A DNA stretch of 64,000 nucleotides from Eledone cirrhosa (taxonomy: Eukaryota), in NCBI GenBank assembly GCA_964016885.1, contig OZ024748.1:24180001-24244000 (forward strand), read 5' to 3'. Position numbers and translations under genes: made by a program. The notes beneath the pieces were generated by a model. The model ran no database searches and had not been told where the DNA came from. It saw only the letters and a program-made list of their open reading frames with translations. Shown here in pieces: positions 58,432 to 64,000 of this stretch; positions within the stretch are counted from its first letter, which is position 1; each line of letters begins with the position of its first letter.

Positions 58432-58842
58432 TTATATATGGTCAAATTAATGATGACCCAAACATTGTGGAATAAACGGCACAATATTTGTGACGATCCC
58501 CTATTGAATATTAGATTACCTACTTTTGTGGACATTACGGAATATTTTTTTGTTTCGTTTTTTTTTTCCAATAAAGACTCGATTGTATGCATTATTCGAA
58601 TGTCCTTGGATCAACTTTTATCTATCTTTGATCAATTGTTGGATAGCAATTAATAACTAGGCACACCTGATCTATCAATAGACAAACGTATTTTTGATTG
58701 TACAATTTAATTTAATTCGCATCACTTTATTAATTATAGAAGGTATTCTTAACTGGTGTTTATTCAAATACGAAGTTAAAAAGAATCTTAAATTGATATT
58801 ATCCAGAATCCATTAGTCACACAAAGAAATTAAACACACAAA

Positions 58843-59035
58843 AGCGCGTGACCAAAGGTTTTGGGTGTTGGACTAACGATCCTGATGTCATGTGTTCGAT
58901 ACTTGGACCGTGTAACACGTTTTGCTCTTGAACGAAAACTTCATGCCACGATGCACCAGTTCACTCAGCTGAGTGTTAAACCTGCAATGAACTGGCGTCC
59001 TGTCCAGGGGTAAATCTTGTACTCTCAGTAACGTA
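58843..59035 (+). mobile_element. tRNA-derived SINE (second family), diverged
   Basis: tRNA-like head with GTTCGATAC, followed by CCAGTTCACTCAGCTG...CCTGCAATGAACTGGCGTCCTGTCCAGGGG. Confidence 0.6.
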
Positions 59036-59307
59036 ATGCCAATGAATCTACGATGAGCCTCCCGCCCGAGGACTGACTTTCACATGTTAATTCATGAATA
59101 TTCTAAATCAGTCAACTGATCGGTTGTAATAACTCAACATATAATTCTGTAAATGATATTCAGTTTTTTAATCGATTGATAGATAAATTTTACGATAAAA
59201 TATTCGATTTTTGAATATTAATAAATAGTTGAGTTAAATAACTTTATCTATTAAATAGCCCTACCTATTTGAGCTATAACCTATAATAGCTGTGAGGAAA
59301 ACTATGG

Positions 59308-59346
<39 letters not shown>

Positions 59347-59627
59347 AGAGAATGTATGCATGGGTGTCTGTGTTTGAGTGAGTGTTTGCGTATGTGAGAG
59401 AGAGTGTGTGTGAGAATGTCTGTGGTTGAGTGTGTGTGTGTGTGTGTGAGAATGTCTGTGATTGAGTGTGTGTGTGTGTATGTTTGTGTGTGTATGTTTT
59501 TATGTGTATATGTGTGTGTGTGTGAGAATGTCTGTGGTTGAGTGTGTGTGTGTGTGTGTATGTTTGTGTGTGTATCTTTGTATGTGTATGTGTGTGTGTG
59601 TGTGTGTGTGTGAGAATGTCTGTGGTT

Positions 59628-59690
<63 letters not shown>

Positions 59691-60479
59691 CACGCGAGGA
59701 GCCTGGTGGGTATTTAAACATTTACAGTCATGAGAATATTTAAGATATGTCAGTTATATAATACACTTTTAGAAGCAAAAATTTCGCAAAACATAATAAC
59801 TATACATATCTCTTTTCTTTGCCAAAATAAATTAATAAATAATTGCTGAATTTATAATATCTACCGATATTTAAATCATTAGTGGTTATTGAACAGCTAT
59901 ATAGTATACTTTTAATAGCTAAAATTTGGCACAGCGTAACTCCATGCACTTTTTTTGCGAAAATGAAATAGTAAATAATTGGTGAAATTATAAAACCGTC
60001 AATGGATATTTAGATAGGAATATGATACAAAATATTCTCATATCAAATATTGCTCTCTCTCTAGAAATATGTTTTAAGCGACGATGATTGATAACCTTTT
60101 TAATTACAGTTAATCTAGGGTAAGAATTTTATTTTTCTCTCTCATAATGTTTTCATAACAAATTAAATGTTTGTGAGACCTCATCCAACTGGTAGATATT
60201 AAAAACATATCAATACTGCTGTTAATCTAGGATAATTTAGTACTTAGACAAAACTAATTACTTCCCTTCAGTTAAATTATTTCGTATTCAAATTCAAAAT
60301 GTTTTGCTTTGGAATTTTTCCCTACTGGACTTTTCGAAATCGTTGTCATCCTTTCTATAAATACGAATGCTTTTAACCTCCAGCAGTTTCTGAAGAAAAA
60401 TCTATGATTTGAAACAAAAATATTTGTGTGACTTCCCCCCCCCCCCCCCTCTCTCTCTCTGGTCTGTCGACTAAAGGTC

Positions 60480-61066
60480 AAGACCCTTTTTCACGAAACC
60501 CTATCATCGACACAGACGGACGACTTCACTAATCTCAGTCGCCAGCAATCACAGTAGACGCCAAGCTCTGGCCAGTTCAACACCCTCGACTCCTTTGTGG
60601 ACACTTGCCGACGTACTGTGAACCGGTTCCGTTACCACAAGGGTTCTTGTCATACTAACCTCATTCGGGCCAAGCTCTCCACTCTTCGCCGCCTACGGCA
60701 TCGTCTTTGGAATAACGTTACTCGATAAAGTACGTAACTCTAAAATCAGTGAGTCGTTCTAGGTGGAGCTGCGACTTCTCCGAATTAGAGACCACAGTTT
60801 CGATATTGTGGTCACGTGGTTAGAATATCTCATGAAAGAATCGCTGGACAGATTTTACGGGCAAAGTCAAGCGGAGGAAACTAGAGGTAGACCACGAGCA
60901 AGATGGTTGGATAACCTCCACGTGCTCGGTTGGTTTCGCTTGGGCATCCATCCGGATCGTTTGGAGACGATTGCTTCTGATATGACCCTCTGGAAGGGAT
61001 GTCTGAGGACCCACGATCTTCTCAAGAAGAAGAAGAAGAAGAAGAAGAAGAAGAAGAAGAAGAAGA
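60480..61066 (+). mobile_element. RTE-like LINE 3' fragment with (AAG)n tail
   Basis: TRGRPRARWLDNL...IASDMTLWKG followed by an AAG repeat tail. Confidence 0.7.
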
Positions 61067-61499
61067 GTTTTAGGAGGTGGGGCAGGATTGGAAATGATTT
61101 TGTCTTGCTAGCCAATGAGAATATAAAATGAGATCTTACAAAAATACACACAGCTCGCTTTTTTGTTTTGTTATATTTAATTAAGATTTTCACTTAAACA
61201 TTTAACATAGAATAAAATCAACGCTTTTCACCGACGATGTAAAAAATAATCAAAAAGAGCAAGTGTTTCTTAATAGTATAACATTGGTTAATTACGTTAA
61301 TAAGAAATATTTCTTGAGCTAAGTCATAGCGTGTCAAAAATTCAACACTGAATAACACATATTAACTAATTAGAATAGTAAAAATAGCACAAAGATTGTG
61401 CTACCCAAAGATTGGAAGGTTAAGGAGAAATTTTGTATGTAATGTAACAACATATTGAATGTACAGAATATATAGAAAGAATCTGGATGGCTAACGTTC

Positions 61500-62030
61500 T
61501 GTGGTGGAAGGATTGATGACGTAGTGGTTAATGTGGAGTCTGGGTAGGGGTCGACAAAATAAATATGGGTAGTGAGAGGAATAGAAACGAGTTGTAAGAG
61601 CCTGCGTGAATGTAACACGGAAATAACCAGTTCCGAAGTGCAAAGACCATTGTGGTAGTGGTATAACTGGGAATGAGGGGCAACAGAACTCCTGTGGATC
61701 AAAGGCTGGAGTGCATTTGTGAGCGATTTTATAACAATCAGTCGAATAAGCCTTTCTTTGGATGCTGTGTAGAGGGTTATTGAGTGTAACAACAGTACCA
61801 GTCCCGAGGAGCAGTAAATCTCTGCGGATCTCACCTAAACTTTATAGTTAAAAGAGTTTGAAATAGCTACTGATCCCCACGAGAAAGGTCAGTCTTTGTG
61901 ATACACATGTTGATATGTTTAATATGTGTGTTTACCAGGAGAGATCCTCTGTGATGTTAAGACCCAGCGTTTGTAGTTGGCGCCTGTTGCATGCTGGTCA
62001 TGTTTAGGAGTTAGTGAGGTGTGATAATGT
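61500..62030 (-). mobile_element. Degenerate APE-type LINE (CR1/L2/Jockey group) C-terminal fragment
   Basis: LQPLIHRSSVAPHSQLYHYHNGLCTSEL resembles the LxxRRxVAxLxxFYRYYxGxCSxEL motif. Confidence 0.6.
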
Positions 62031-62291
62031 TTTCTTTATATTTTTGTTTTTCTGCTGTTAAATGAGACAAACCCGACACGACCCCACCTCCTCTTCTCAC
62101 ACCATTGGTCGATGTTGTTGGGGTTTATAGCCGTATCAAGGATGCCGTATCAACATTCACGGATTTGATGTGAGGTGTCTTAGCAGCACGTGGATAACGA
62201 CGTTTGGGGTATTTCGAAACGAAATATACACATATACACAAACACACACTCACTCACTCACACACACACACATACTCACACATACACACAC

Positions 62292-62327
<36 letters not shown>

Positions 62328-62664
62328 TCACTCAACACACACACACACACACTCACACACATACAGAGAAATCAATAACACACACACCCTATTACTTAGC
62401 TGCTTCACCTCTTTTATGAATGCTAATCAATTATCTTCAATTCTCGCGGCCCGGTCAATGTTCTGTTGTCGGTCAAATTAATCGATTTTCTTCTCTTTTC
62501 TTTCTCTTTCTCTCTCTCTCCTTTCTTTCTTTGTTAATCTCTATCTGTCTGTGTGTCGCCCATCTTTTCTGAAGTCAATCAATGTCTTTCAACACTGTAA
62601 ATGGCTGGAATGTTGACTGACCAGTCGGCTACGATTGACCGCTAACTTCGCTCTACCCATCCTT

Positions 62665-64000
62665 CAACCCAACCACCACCACTACACCACCACCACCACA
62701 TCACACCACCACCACACCACCCCAACACCACCATCCTACCACAACCACCCACCATCACCACCACCACCACCACCACCACCACCGCCACCACCACAGCACC
62801 CCAACACCACCATCCTACCACACCACCACCACCACCACACCACCATCACCGTCACCCCCATCAATACCCCATCACCACCACACTACCCCGCCACCACACT
62901 TCTGTATAGCCTTACTCCTATTAAAAATCATTCATCTGAAAAGATTTCAGTCGAATCATCAAAGAATGCCGCCTTCGTGTTCCGGTTGAGTGAAAAGGAA
63001 GCAACGGTCGTCGTAAAAGTTTCTCTGGCTAAGAATGACCTTGAAACATGTCGTCCAAAGCCTTACCAACCACTGACCACAGCACTAGTGACCAATACCA
63101 TCACCACCACGAACCATCAGCACCACCAGCACCACCATTACCACACCACCACACCACCACCACCAGCACTACCAACACCACCACCACCACCACCACCACC
63201 ACCACCACCACCATTACCACACCACCACCACCACCACCACAACCATTACCATCACCACCACCAGCACCACCAGCGCCACCATTACCACACCACCACCACC
63301 ATTACCACACCACCATCACACCACCAGCACCACCACCACCACACCACCACACCACACCACACCACCACCACCACCACCACACCACCACACCACACCACAA
63401 CCACCACCATTACCACACCACCACACCACCACCATTACCACACCACCACCATTACCACACCACACCACCACACCACCACACCCACACCACCACACCACCA
63501 CCACACCACACCACCACCACCATTACCATACCACCACACCACCACCACACCACACCACCACCACCATTACCATACCACCACACCACACCACCACACCACC
63601 ACACCACCACCACCACCACCATTACCACACCACCACCACCACCATTACCACCACACCACCACACCACCACTACCACACCACCACACCACCACACCACCAC
63701 ACCACCACCACCATTACCACACCACCACCTCCACCACCATTACCACACCACCACCATACCACCATCACACCACCACCACACCACCACCATTACCACTACG
63801 CCACCAATTTACAATAGTAATTCGGAGTTGAATACACCAAGATCGTTTCTCCAAATGACCACCGGACATTAGCACATTATTCCTCCACAGCGCCTCCGCC
63901 ATCACTACACTACTACCACATTCCCAACAACCACCGCCACAATTACCACCACCACCACAACTAGCACCATCATCACCATCATCACCACTACCACCACCAC
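62665..64000 (+). repeat. (ACC)n / (CACCA)n low-complexity tracts
   Basis: Directly visible, interrupted by a unique segment at ~62900-63100. Confidence 0.9.

Noticed and set aside
63020-63060. Hammerhead-like GAAACATGTC
   Set aside because: No intact CUGANGA upstream and no convincing stems I and II.

Overview
Repeat-dense, AT-rich animal genomic DNA with no recognisable host protein-coding gene. The SINE families and microsatellite load suggest a mollusc, probably a cephalopod such as Octopus (inference). The window consists of micro/minisatellites, tRNA-derived SINEs, fragments of R4/Dong-like, RTE-like, CRE-like and CR1/L2-type LINEs, several Penelope-like element (PLE) fragments, a Tc1/mariner remnant and a hAT-type MITE. 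The main discovery is an ~8.35 kb head-to-tail array (3339-11688) of a ~472-bp non-coding unit. All 18 copies carry a minimal type I hammerhead ribozyme on the minus strand, with a palindromic ACUAGU stem III, so the array is a candidate non-LTR retrozyme locus that could yield ~472-nt linear/circular RNAs. Most of the array forms the spacer of a giant inverted duplication with ~3.3-kb arms, and the inversion breakpoint falls exactly at the ribozyme core. A diverged second copy at 51.1-51.7 kb has the same inverted architecture and structure-compatible changes in the ribozyme. Further hammerheads occur at 22.4, 27.2 and 42.1 kb. Almost all ORFs in the supplied track are microsatellite artefacts. 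All structures were read by eye, so element boundaries are approximate.
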